This document shows, piece by piece, positions 23,501 through 35,500 of a DNA stretch of 64,000 nt (position 1 is the first letter of the stretch; each line of letters opens with the position of its first letter). A program made the translations under genes and the position numbers. The notes beneath the pieces were generated by a model that worked only from the letters and a program-made list of their open reading frames with translations, did not search any database and had not been told where the DNA came from. Source of the DNA: Felis catus (taxonomy: Eukaryota); the NCBI RefSeq assembly GCF_018350175.1, contig NC_058369.1, positions 20,400,001 through 20,464,000 on the forward strand, given 5' to 3'.

Positions 23501-26500
23501 ACTTCTTCATTCCAGCACAAGTTGACCCTCTTTTTTCTTGCCACTGTGAACTCCTTCAAGACCTAGGTCAACTGCCCCATGTCTAACTTGCCCAGACAGG
23601 CTCCGGAATTCTGCAACACATCTTTGGTATGCTGCTGCCCTGCCACCCTCAGGGGCATGGTTAGGAGTTGGGGAGAGGGGGAATAGCATCACATTACCAA
23701 AGCAAACGGCAGGGGCATATTAGCACATGACACTTGGACATACACCTAACAACCTCATAGGATACATGCTTTTTCCCAAGTGCGACATAATCCCCATAGA
23801 GAGCAAACACTTGTGGAATGATTTTTTATGCCAGGCACAAGGGACACAAAGTGAATGGTGTTTACATACATCATGTCCTACACACAATGGGAAATTAGCA
23901 CCTGAAAGCTAGAACCAGATCTCTATCCTGGCTCTTCCCTGCCTTTGAATGGTGTCACTGCTCTGTTTCTGCCTGTTCTCAGCATTTAGTTCATTTTTCA
24001 AAAGGGAGGATAAGATGGCAGAGAGAGTAAAATGGGAGATTGGACTGGGGTGGGTGATTAATATATGGGTAACAACCTGTAAAACAAAATAATACAAAAA
24101 ACGCAAAATCCAGATTTAGTAGTATAATATAGGAAGAGAAGGTAGCTGGAAGTACTACATGCTAACCCAGACAATATGATACACAACCCCGCAGGGGGAC
24201 GACTCAGTGAGGAGTGGGGCAGAGGCTGCCTCTTTAGACTAAGAGCCTTTCAGTTGGACTGCTGAATGGACTAGATATGCTGCTTCATCTGTAAGCTCTC
24301 TTTGATGATGATAAAACAGGTGAAGACAAGCCTGGACACCCCACAGGCCCACCCCATGGCCTGCTTGGAGCCCACAAATACATAAGGCACATTCTTATCC
24401 TCACATAGCAGCAGAATGTGCAGGATGATCTCCAGGGCCTCAGCATCTACAGCCATCATGATGAACTGAGAGATGGCTCTGTTGAGGATTTTGGTGGCTT
24501 CATTAGCTCCTGAAGCTGCTTGTAGTTACATGGATGCTGAACAAGGTCCAGTCGTTTCTTGGTGAGGTGGGTGTCTGCAAGGTGATAGGCCTTTGGATTT
24601 ACATCAGCCCCAGTCATTTCTGTGATTCCATGGTCTTGCCACCCCTCTGGGAGTGCAGCCAATGTCAGAGCAGGAGCACACACTTCAGCCAGAAAGGAGG
24701 AGTAGATGCTTCAGGATTTCTGATGAATGGGAAGGGCAAGTCTCAGGTTTGCCATATCATGTAAAGGTATCAGATCTCTTGGCTTAATACTCTTGAGCTT
24801 TCTTCTGTGAGATCTGCAAGACTGATTGAGATGCTGTCTGCAGGACAGTGCCTTGGTTAGGAAATTGATTTGACTCTGGAAGTGGTTCCAGAAGAGATGT
24901 AAGAGTCAGAAGTCTGAGGAACTTTCTGATAGGAGGGAGCAGAGTAGATTTTGTTGACCCAGAGCTGTGAACCAAAACCAGTGAGTGGAGATTCCATGAA
25001 GTCAGAGGTTGACTCAATGTAAGAACTCTTCACAATAAGAACTCCTTATGGAATGGGCTATCTTGAGGTGAGCGGCTAAGGGCTGAGTGAGAGAACCTGT
25101 CAAGAATTTGATACTGCATATTTTTGCCTCAGATAGGCCATTGTACCAGGTGAATGATTTTCTGTGTTTTCTCTAAGAAGACTGTCATCAGCCAATAGAC
25201 CATTCAGGGTACAGGGAGACTTCTGTAGCCATCCACACCAACTGTCTGGTATAGTGTCTGCTCCTTTACTTAATTCTAATTCCAAGGTGAATAAAACCGA
25301 ATCTTAGTCTTTGCCAGCTCCTTTAACTATTGCCTCTGTTTGCCCTTTATCAGATTGGTGGGATCCGGTTCCTGTATGATAATCTGGTTGAATCCCTGGA
25401 GAGGTTTAAGACCAGTAGTGGCTTTGGCTGTATCCTGGCCCATAGCATGGGTCTGGGGAAAACTTTGCAAGTGATCTCCTTCATCGACGTCCTCTTCCGC
25501 CACACGCCAGCCAAAACTGTCCTTGCCATTGTGCCGGTAAGAGTTCAGTCACCCCTCTGAGGAGCTCTGGGTTAATGCCTTTCTGGGTACTAAACAGCTT
25601 GATGAGCTCATCTATGAGCTTGTTTCTTAAAATCCTTTTTCTGGACTTGGCTTTCTGACAGGTTAATACTCTTCAGAATTGGTTGGCAGAGTTCAACATG
25701 TGGCTTCCAGCACCTGAAGCCCTTCCAGCTGACAACAAGCCTGAAGAAGTCCAGCCTCGGTTCTTTAAAGTTCACATCTTGAATGATGAGCACAAGTAAG
25801 TGGCCTACTCTCTCCTCTTCTCCCTTTCCTTTTAGACTTCTTTCCAGGATCTGGATATCAGGGCACTAACCCAGATTCCTTTTGGTTTCTTGATGTGGTC
25901 ATCCCCCCTGCCCCCCACTGCCCATTCCTTGATACTCATTTTTTCTCTACCTAGCTTTTCAATAAAGTCAGAGTTAGGTAGCTTGGGAAATGTCTTATGT
26001 TCTGCTTGAAGGTGCTTTTATATCCTGAAAAATAAGCATACATCATCCTATTTGCCCATGTGAATGGTAATAAAATTCAACATGGTGAAATGAAACTGTC
26101 CATCTTCTAACTTTTCACCTTTTACATTTCTCTTTCTTAGAAGCCTAATCAGCAGTCTCTTTTAAGCCCGTTTACAGTTGACCTTTACTGGTACAACTTC
26201 CAAGTTTTGAAAAGGGTAAACTTTTGTTTTAGATTTGAATAAAATTATTTCCATTCTATACATTCAATTTGATTTCCAAAATTCTAAAGCTATTTCTTGG
26301 TCCAAGCCAGCCATCCATGCTACCCTTTCCCCTTGTTGGCATGGATAATTGAGAAGATAGACTTTCTCTTCTTCAGAGGCTACCTTTTGTGATGTTTGGC
26401 ACATACATCAAAATGAGGAGACTGTGGGCGGCCCCCTAGGTGGTTGATCACCTGCTCTTCTTTCTTGGGTTTCAGGACTGTTAGTCCACATGCAGTTAAT

Positions 26501-29500
26501 GAATTAGAATCAGGACTCAGTTGTTTAGGAGTGGAGAGACTGTGCTCTTAGTGTCATCTGGGCTCTGCTGCCCTTTCTCCTTTACTGCTTGTCCTTAGCT
26601 CTTTGCTCATCGGGGCCTGGGAAGGTAAAATGCAGAATATTGCCCTTGCTTTTACTATCTTGTGTTTATTATGGGAATAATTTGAAATTCTCCCTCAAAT
26701 GTAGAATTGTAGTCATGCATGTACATCCAAGGGAGTCATTACTTTTGCTTGCCTTGTGCCATTGCATTTCCGTTTTTCTGATGTTTAACTGTCATTGGTG
26801 ACCTCCCCGTCCATCCTCAGTGCGGTTAGCATCTTTGGGATACTGGGAAGGGGGGCAGCCAGCAAGCCCTATGGTGCTGCCACTGAAGTCCTTGGCAATA
26901 AGGACTTCTGAATGTACATCAACGCAGCTCTAATTGTGAGCAATTCTCTCTGGGGAGCAGTGGAAGCAATAATTTTTTTCTCTGTTCACTCTTGCAGGAC
27001 AATGGCAGCTCGTGCTAAAGTGATGGCTGATTGGGTATCAGAGGGTGGGGTACTACTGATGGGGTACGAAATGTACAGACTCCTCACCCTGAAGAAATCC
27101 TTTGCCACAGGTAGATCGAAGAAAACCAAGAAACGCTCTCACCCGGTCATCATTGATCTGGATGAGGAAGATCGACAGCAGGAGTTTCGGAGAGGTGGGT
27201 AGCCTATCCTGGGGATACTCTTAGGGGTAGTGTTTCAGGAAGAAATAGTGTCTGTGGTAGCACCAAGTCAGATGTGAAGATTATTGATGTGAGTTGTATT
27301 GTCATGAACCAGAAATCCAGGTCCCTAAGATAGGTGGGATGACCTCCACTGGCTCTCAGAAGATATTGCTTTCCTTGCCTGTCATGGAATTCTGGGTGGG
27401 CCACTCATAGACTGGCTTAGGGAGACTCCCCTGCCCATCTGACCCTGTTTCTCTCACAGAGCAATTAGGAAAGTGACTTTTCCTCTCATCACATCCTAGA
27501 GGTATTCTGGGGTAGCATTAAGAAAATATTTACAAAGTATTTAAATCACTGATATGCAGAGTAATAATGATATTGTGACTTTATAAAAGGAGAATTTATC
27601 CCAGGTTTGTGTTTTGTTTTGTTTTGTTTTAGTGAAAGTCATTCCTCTCATAGTGATAGTTCTGCTCCATCTTCTAAGGGCTTTGCCTGTTTGGGGAAGA
27701 AAGTTTTTTTTAGGTTCAGAGGCTGTTTCATTTTATAGGTCTCTCCATCTATAGATTATGTTTGTGCTAGGTTTGCTTCTGTGGTAGAGCTGGGATGAAC
27801 TTGCCATTTAGCAATGACTGGCAGGTAACTCCAGAAAGATTTTGTCCTTTAGCTAGCTCCCCACCAGCCAGCCTGCAGATGGCGCAGAGACACTGGCAAT
27901 GGTGAAGTCGACTGAAGTATCTGGATGATTCCCATCAGTCTCACTTAGACCCATTTAAAAAAAAAAAAAAAAAAAAAAAGGTTTTTTTTATAAAAATGTT
28001 TATTTTTGAGAGAGACAGACAGAAGGTGAGCAGGGGAGGGGCAGAGAGAGAAGGGGAGACACAGAATCTGAAGCAGGCTCCGGACTCTGAGCTGTCAGCA
28101 CAGAGCCTGATGGAGGGCTCAAACTCACAAACGGTGAGATCATGACCTGAGCCAGAGTTGGATGCTTAACCGACTGAGCCATCTGAGTGCCTCTCACTCA
28201 GACCCATTTTTAATCCTAGGCTGGTAGTCTGTAAAGTCACACTCTCCGCCACCCAGTTGATATAAGCCCTAGGTAGGAATGCGAGGTATTTTACTTTGAG
28301 TGTAAAGGAGAAAAGAAAAAAGATAAGGAAAGGAAAGAGGGAAAAGAGATATTTACTGCAAGAGTCAATAGTCCAGGTTAACGTGTCACACCAAATGCAC
28401 AGGAGCCTGGATGGCTGGCTCCCTTTCACTAATGGGGGCTGACTCTTGCTTTCCTGCTTCCTTCATTTCTTCTGTCTCCTCCAGGGTGCACCCCTACTTC
28501 TCATATTGTTGACTAAGAGCAGGCCCTCTCACCCTCTGACTCCGGATCCTCTTCCCTCCCTAGAGTTTGAGAAGGCCTTATGCCGCCCTGGCCCTGATGT
28601 GGTGATTTGTGACGAGGGACACCGCATCAAAAACTGCCAGGCCAGCACCTCACAGGCCCTGAAGAACATTCGCTCTCGCCGCCGAGTGGTGCTGACCGGG
28701 TACCCCCTGCAGAACAACCTCATTGAGTACTGGTGCATGGTGGACTTTGTGCGCCCAGACTTCCTCGGCACCCGGCAGGAGTTCAGCAACATGTTTGAAC
28801 GCCCCATCCTGAATGGGCAGTGTATTGACAGCACACCTCAGGATGTCCGCCTCATGCGGTACCGGAGCCACGTCTTGCACAGCCTCCTGGAAGGCTTTGT
28901 GCAGAGGTGAGCCATCCTCAGGGCCCTGTGTTTTGAACCATCAGAGACCCATTGGTGTAACAGGCATGCAAAGCTGTCCCAAAGGGGGACTGTTACAGCA
29001 GGAGGGTCCCTCCCTAGTAGGTGATAGTAAAACTTTCCTTTTACTGAGTAGCTTTTCCTGAATAGCACACAAATGATGGATAGCCACTGTTTCAGTCCTC
29101 TGAAAGTTTGGCCTAGAAGTACTTCTCTCAGAAGTTAATCTTTGAAGTTTCTAGGGATACCTACCTTACTTGCTGAGAAGCAAAAGAGAGCTAGCCTTCT
29201 GCTGACTCTGAAAGCATAGAAATGCTGGTTCCCGGGGGCATGGCCTCACCAGTGTCAGCATCTCGGTAGATGTAGTTAGGCCGGTCTAAAACAATTTCCT
29301 TGTTTTTCCTTGTTAAGATGGAATATGTGCAGAAAGCTTAGAGAAACAGCCCTAGATCTGGGTATGAACCTGGAGCACCCAGTCTCTGCCACCCAATCCT
29401 CTTTGCTTTAGTTCTTATCCTTAAAATGAGTTTCTTCTGATGGTCGCTAAACCAATCCTTATTGTTCTAAGTCTGTTGTGAATGTTGAGATCCTCAAAAG

Positions 29501-32500
29501 GAGGTGTGGCAGAAATGCAGGATTCTTTTGTTATCCTGCACTGACCCCTCCTGGCCACACTGGCTTGATGATTCTGATCTCTGCCTTCGTAGGAGAGGCC
29601 ACACTGTGCTGAAGATTCATCTACCTGCCAAGGAAGAAAATGTGATCCTGGTGCGGCTCTCAAAGATCCAGCGAGATTTGTACACACAGTTCATGGACCG
29701 TTTCCGAGACTGTGGTAGCAGTGGCTGGCTGGGGCTGAACCCCCTCAAGGCTTTCTGTGTGTGCTGCAAGGTGTGTTGAGGCCTCAGGGAATACTGAGAT
29801 ATGAATGAAGGTTGCACATGGTCCCAAGGAAGTTATTCCTGCTAGGAGTCCTTGATAAGGGAAGAATAAAGTGACAGGGGTCCCCCTCGGTTTGCTGCAT
29901 TGAAGAACTGGGGGCCCCAAGGAGAAATATGCTGGTTGTGTGCTGCACAGTTCCTGGGGGTGCCACTCAGCCTGTGATATAAATGGTGCTCCTTGCAGTT
30001 GTGCAGTCTGGTCAACTTGTGGTACCAAACTTGAGAAATCACTTCCTTTCTCACTGATTTTTTTTCACTTGGGAGAAAGGGGTAGTGGAAAAACATTGTG
30101 GGGGAGTTTTTGACTGTTAGCATAATCAAGATTCAAGAAATATATAACTTAGACAAGTTATTGGGGTACCTTGTGTTTGATTCTGCGTTTAATCAGATTG
30201 AGACCTCTTTCATCCTGATAATGTTTGAGATGGTTTGGGGATAGCAAGGCCCAGGTATCTAGCACTAAACTTCATGAATAGGTTGACGAACCCTGACTTA
30301 TCTTTAGTATGTGCTTCTTGTTGACTAATGAAGGACCTGATTCTTTGACAGCTGTCAGCCAACCTGTTGGGTATTATTCCCAACTGACCACTGCTTTAAT
30401 GAGTCAACTGAAGGAGTATGTCAGGGGCAGATGGGATTTCAAAATGTTTCTTTTGTAACCACAGTCCTAGACCAGGGCCAGGAAGCTACAGCAGATATGG
30501 TCTGTGAGGATGCTACAGTGCCAACACACCCTTCCTATCCCCCCACCTCTGCCCCCACCCCAGGAATTCTCAACTCCTGCTGGGAACAGTCCCTGAAATG
30601 ACTTCTGGTTGGTCATCTGTAAGTTAGATACGTTTGTCCATAGGAAGAGATTGGTCTTGTTTTGTAGTTTCAGACAGTAGTTGGCTGTAGCCACACAGTG
30701 AAACAGGGACATTCTTACCCTTATTTAAATAAGAATGCAAGGCTTGTGACACAGCCTTTTTGATTATGCCTATGGGCATATGGGCATGCCTGCTGGTATG
30801 AACTCTTCCCCTTGTGTTATGGTGATCACAGTTAGTTAAAATGAATGCGTAGGCTTTTTGGCTATGAGGGAGTTGGAGATACTTTAATTTTTAGCGTGAC
30901 AGTGTATGCTGTAGGACCAGTGTGTGTTTCAGCAAGTACATGTTTCCTGACTCTCTGGGACACCCTTAGCTTGTTCTCTGCCCTGTGTCATTTCCCCTTT
31001 AACTTGAACTCCAGATCTGGAATCACCCGGATGTGCTGTATGAAGCCCTTCAGAAGGAGAGTCTGGCCAATGAGCAGGACCTAGATGTGGAAGAACTTGG
31101 CTCAGCTGGGACTAGTGCTCGCTGCCCATCACAGGGAACAAAAGGCAAGGGGGAGGACAGCACCTTGGCTTCCTCAATGGGAGAAGCAACCAATAGCAAA
31201 TTCCTACAAGGGGTTGGCTTCAACCCTTTCCAGGAGCGAGGCAACAACATTGTCACATATGAATGGGTGAGTCAAGCAGAAACTTCTATGCCCATAAACC
31301 ACTGCTGAGAAGGGATGATACAAAGCAAAGCCTATGTGGGAAGAGGGTGGGGGTTGTACAATGCATTGTGCTGCCAAGTCTCTGCAGGGAACTATAAAGG
31401 TTGCCCATGAGCTTCTGCCTTGGAAGGAGTGAATTTTATTTCTAGTGATCTGGCCACAGACCTTCTCTAAGCTGCCTCATTTCTCTATTGCAGGCCAAGG
31501 ACCTTTTGACTAATTACCAGACTGGGGTCTTAGAGAACTCTCCCAAAATGGTATTGCTTTTCCACCTGATTGAGGAAAGTGTGAAGCTTGGGGACAAGAT
31601 TCTCGTGTTCAGGTAGGAAGAGAAATTCCCCAGTATTACTGTGTATCTATAGTAGAGTGACATAGCCCCTACAGAGTAAGACTGTCTGGGGTAACCCCAG
31701 CTCCTTTTTTTGTTTTGTTTTGTTTTGTTTTGTTGTTTTCATGCCTCTGCAAACCAGTGCTTCTTGTGAGGACCTTCTTGCATTTCATCTCATTCTTGGA
31801 GTTTCTTATTTTGCCCAATGTGATTTCTCTGCAGAGAACTGTTTAAAACCCTAGGCTGACATTGGAGTCATAGTCTAACCCTTCATATTGTGGCCCACAT
31901 CAGATCTGGCCTGTGGCTTGCCTGAAAGCTAGTTTTTACATTTTTAAATGTTTTAAAAGAAGAAGAAGAAGAAGAAGAATATTCAACAGACTGAATGTGG
32001 TCTGCAAAGCCTAAAAATATTTAGTATCTGACCTTTTCCAGAAAACATTTGCTGACCTCTGATCTAATCTGCTTCGGTCCCTCTCCAGCCTTTTTTTTTT
32101 TTTTTTTTTTTTTGAATTAAAAACAATTAAGGAGGAGGGCACCTGGCTGGCTCAGTCAGTAGAGCATGGTGACACTTGCTCTCAGGGTTGTGAGTTCAAA
32201 CCCCACCCACGCTGGGTGTGGAGTCTACTTAAAAAAAAAAAATTTTTTTTTTTTTTTTTGTTGCTTTGTATGTAAGGTCAAATAAGTATTATGATTTGTT
32301 CCAGAGTTACATTCTGTGGCCAGAGTTTTGAGTTCCGTCAAGGCTTGACTCTTCAGGGAAACAGACATATTTTCTTTCAAACAGACATGCTTTCTTTTTG
32401 CTCTGGCTAGATTATGCCCCCATGAGAGCTAAGGGGTATCTTGGGAGCCTCAGAGTAAAGGTTTCCATGTGTGGCACATGTTGAGAGGAGAGCGGTAATT

Positions 32501-35500
32501 CTAACTGGGGGAGAGTTTAGTGTTCCGCTGGTTTTATATATCACTTCTGAGGAGACTGCTTCTCTTTATAACTTGAAAGCCCTAGTAAGACCCATAATTT
32601 TGATTGTGGCCTGTAGTTTGATCTAACGTATGTAACGTTGGTTTTTAATGCTGATGCTATTTGTTACTATGTACTGAGCTAAACCCCAGAATTTAGGGGA
32701 AGTAATTGAGGAAGAATTGAGGAAGTAATAGGGTAGCAAATTTAGTGGGGGTGGTGATAAGTGTATGGACGACTCTGCTCCCATTATGAGCTAGGGAGAA
32801 TACCCCTAGTGGTTCTTTGTGGGGTTACCTCTTATGGGGAGCAGGTTCTGGGAGCTCCCACTGTCAGAAGGCTATATATGATTGTGAGTCCACTGGGGAA
32901 CAAGATTCCCTTGGGTCTGGGAGCCTTCTGAACCAAATGTTGTCCCTTCCAGCCAGAGCCTTTCCACTTTGGCTCTCATCGAGGAATTCCTAGGGAAACG
33001 AGAAGTGCCCTGTCTACCTGGTGCTGATGGGCAAGGAGTACAGAAGTGGGTTCGAAACGTCAGCTACTTCCGTGAGTTCACTGCTGCTTTGTTTCTGGAG
33101 CCTTGACAGGGTGTGCTTAAGGCTTTCCTTTCCTTCTCTGCATTTTTGTCTTCTACTCCGTTCTCCACCAAATGTGTAGGAGTATCCGGAGTAACCAAAA
33201 GCAGGGAGGTATTGAGAGCAAGCTGCTATGTGTGAGGCACTGTACTAGGGGCTGGGGAGCTTGGGCAAGATACGGGGAGAGCAGAGAAGTAGAAGACATA
33301 AACCTTGTCTTCATCTGAGATACAGCAAGTCCAAGACAAATACAAAGCAGCACTGATCGAGTGCCCTTGTAGGTTCTAAGGAGAATAGAATCGTTGTGGG
33401 AAGGATGATTGGAGAAGGATTCCTGAAGGAGGCAGAACTTGCAGTAGACTGGTAAAGATGGGGAGAATTTGAATATACAGAGTTAGTGTGGCCCAAAGAT
33501 CATTCTAGGAAGAAGCAACAGAGTGAATATAGGCCATGATCATGCATTCTGTACAGGGGAGATAGTATCCCTAAGAGGGTGAAAATTGGTTCTTGAGGGG
33601 ACAAAAAAAAAAAAAACAAAAAAAAAAAAACTTAACTTTTCAAAAATATAAAGCTCAAATAGGCATCCAGTAAATAAACATATACAGTATATCTGTGGCA
33701 TTTAAATTTTCATGAGGGACGTGTCAATTGGGGAAAAAAAATGTATAAAAAGGCTTCTTAAAGGGGGTGGTCATGAAAAACAAAAGTTGAGAAATATTAA
33801 CCTCATGTACTTACTGTCCAGATATTGACATTTGGGCCAGATAATTCTTTTTGTAGGTTGGGCCGGGGGGGGTGGTGCAGCAAGGGGGTGCTGTCCTGTG
33901 CATTGTAGGACTTTTAGTAGCGTCCCTGGTCACTATTCATTAGATGACAGTAGCATCCACCCAGTTATAACATCTAAAAATGTCTCCAGACGCTGCCAAC
34001 TGTCCCCTGTAGGGTGGGAGGGCAAGGAAATAACCCTTGTTGAGAAACACTGGCCTAAAGGAAGTATTTAGAGAATAGAGGTTCATGGGTGGTAGGAAGA
34101 CCCAATGCCGAGCTGTGCTTGGGAACTGTGGGAACTCAGGTTGGAAAGGTAGGTTGGGGTGCCAGTTGAAAGAGCCTCTAATACCAATTAAACTGATACT
34201 TCCTATAACAGTCATCATCCAGTCCTCCATGTGGTATTTCATCTCCTTACCTTTGTCCTTTTCTCTCTTTTCCCTAGGGTGACAAATGTAGCCCCTCCTC
34301 TCTTATTCATGCTGCTGCTGCTTTTTTTTTTTTTTCCTTCCAAGATTTTATATAAATTCAAGTTAGTTAAGGGTAGTATTAGTTTCAGGAGTGACTTAGT
34401 GATTCATCACTTATATACAACACCCAGTGCTCATCACAAGTGCCCTCCTTAATACTCATCATGCATTTAGCCCATCCCCCACCCACCTCCCTGCCAGCAA
34501 CCCTCAGTTTGTTCTCTATAGTTAAGAGTTTCTTAGGTTTGCCTCCTTCTCTGTTTTTATCTTATTTTATTTTTCCTTCCCTATGTTCATCTGTTTTATT
34601 TCTTAAATTACACATATAAATGAAATCATAGGGTTATTTGTCTTTCTCTGACTTATTTCACTTAGCATAATATCATCCAGCTCCATCCATGTTGCAAATG
34701 GCAAGATTTCATTCTTTTTCATTGTTGAGTAGTATTCCATTGTATGTTACATACATACAAACCACATCTTCTTTATCCATTCATCAGTCAGTGGACATTT
34801 GGGCTTTTTCCATAATTTGGCTGTTGTTGATAATGCTGCTATAAACATTGGGGTGCATGTCCCCCCCCCTTTTTTTTTTGCTTGTGCCCCTTTGAATCAA
34901 TATTTTTGTATCCTTTGGATACATACCGAGTAGTGCAGTTGCTAGGTTGTAGGGTAGTTCTATCTTTAACTTTCTGAGGAACCTCCACACTCTTTTCCAG
35001 AGTGGCTGCTCCAATTTGCATTACCACCAACAGTGTAAGAGTGTTCCCCTTTCTCTGCATCCATGCCAACATCTGTTGTTTCCTGAGTTATTAATTTTAG
35101 CCATTCTGACAGGTATGAGGTGGTATCTCATTGTGGTTTTTTTTTAATTTTTTTTTTTCAACGTTTATTTATTTTTGGGACAGAGAGAGACAGAGCATGA
35201 ACGGGGGAGGGGCAGAGAGAGAGGGAGACACAGAATCGGAAACAAGCTCCAGGCTCTGAGCCATCAGCCCAGAGCCCGACGCGGGGCTCGAACTCACAGA
35301 CTGCGAGATCGTGACCTGGCTGAAGTCGGACGCTTAACCGACTGCGCCACCCAGGCGCCCCTCTCATTGTGGTTTTAATCATCCCTGATGATGAGTGATG
35401 TTGAGCATTTTTTCATGTGTCTTAAGCAATTTGTATGTCTGCTTTCGAGAAATGTCTGTTCATGTCTTCTGCCCATTTCTTAACTGAATTTTTTTGGTGT

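Noticed and set aside
29771..31014. Possible U12-type intron (ccctttaac 11 nt before the AG resembles a U12 branch site)
   Set aside because: The donor is GTGTGTTG, not RTATCCTT, so it is treated as an ordinary U2 intron
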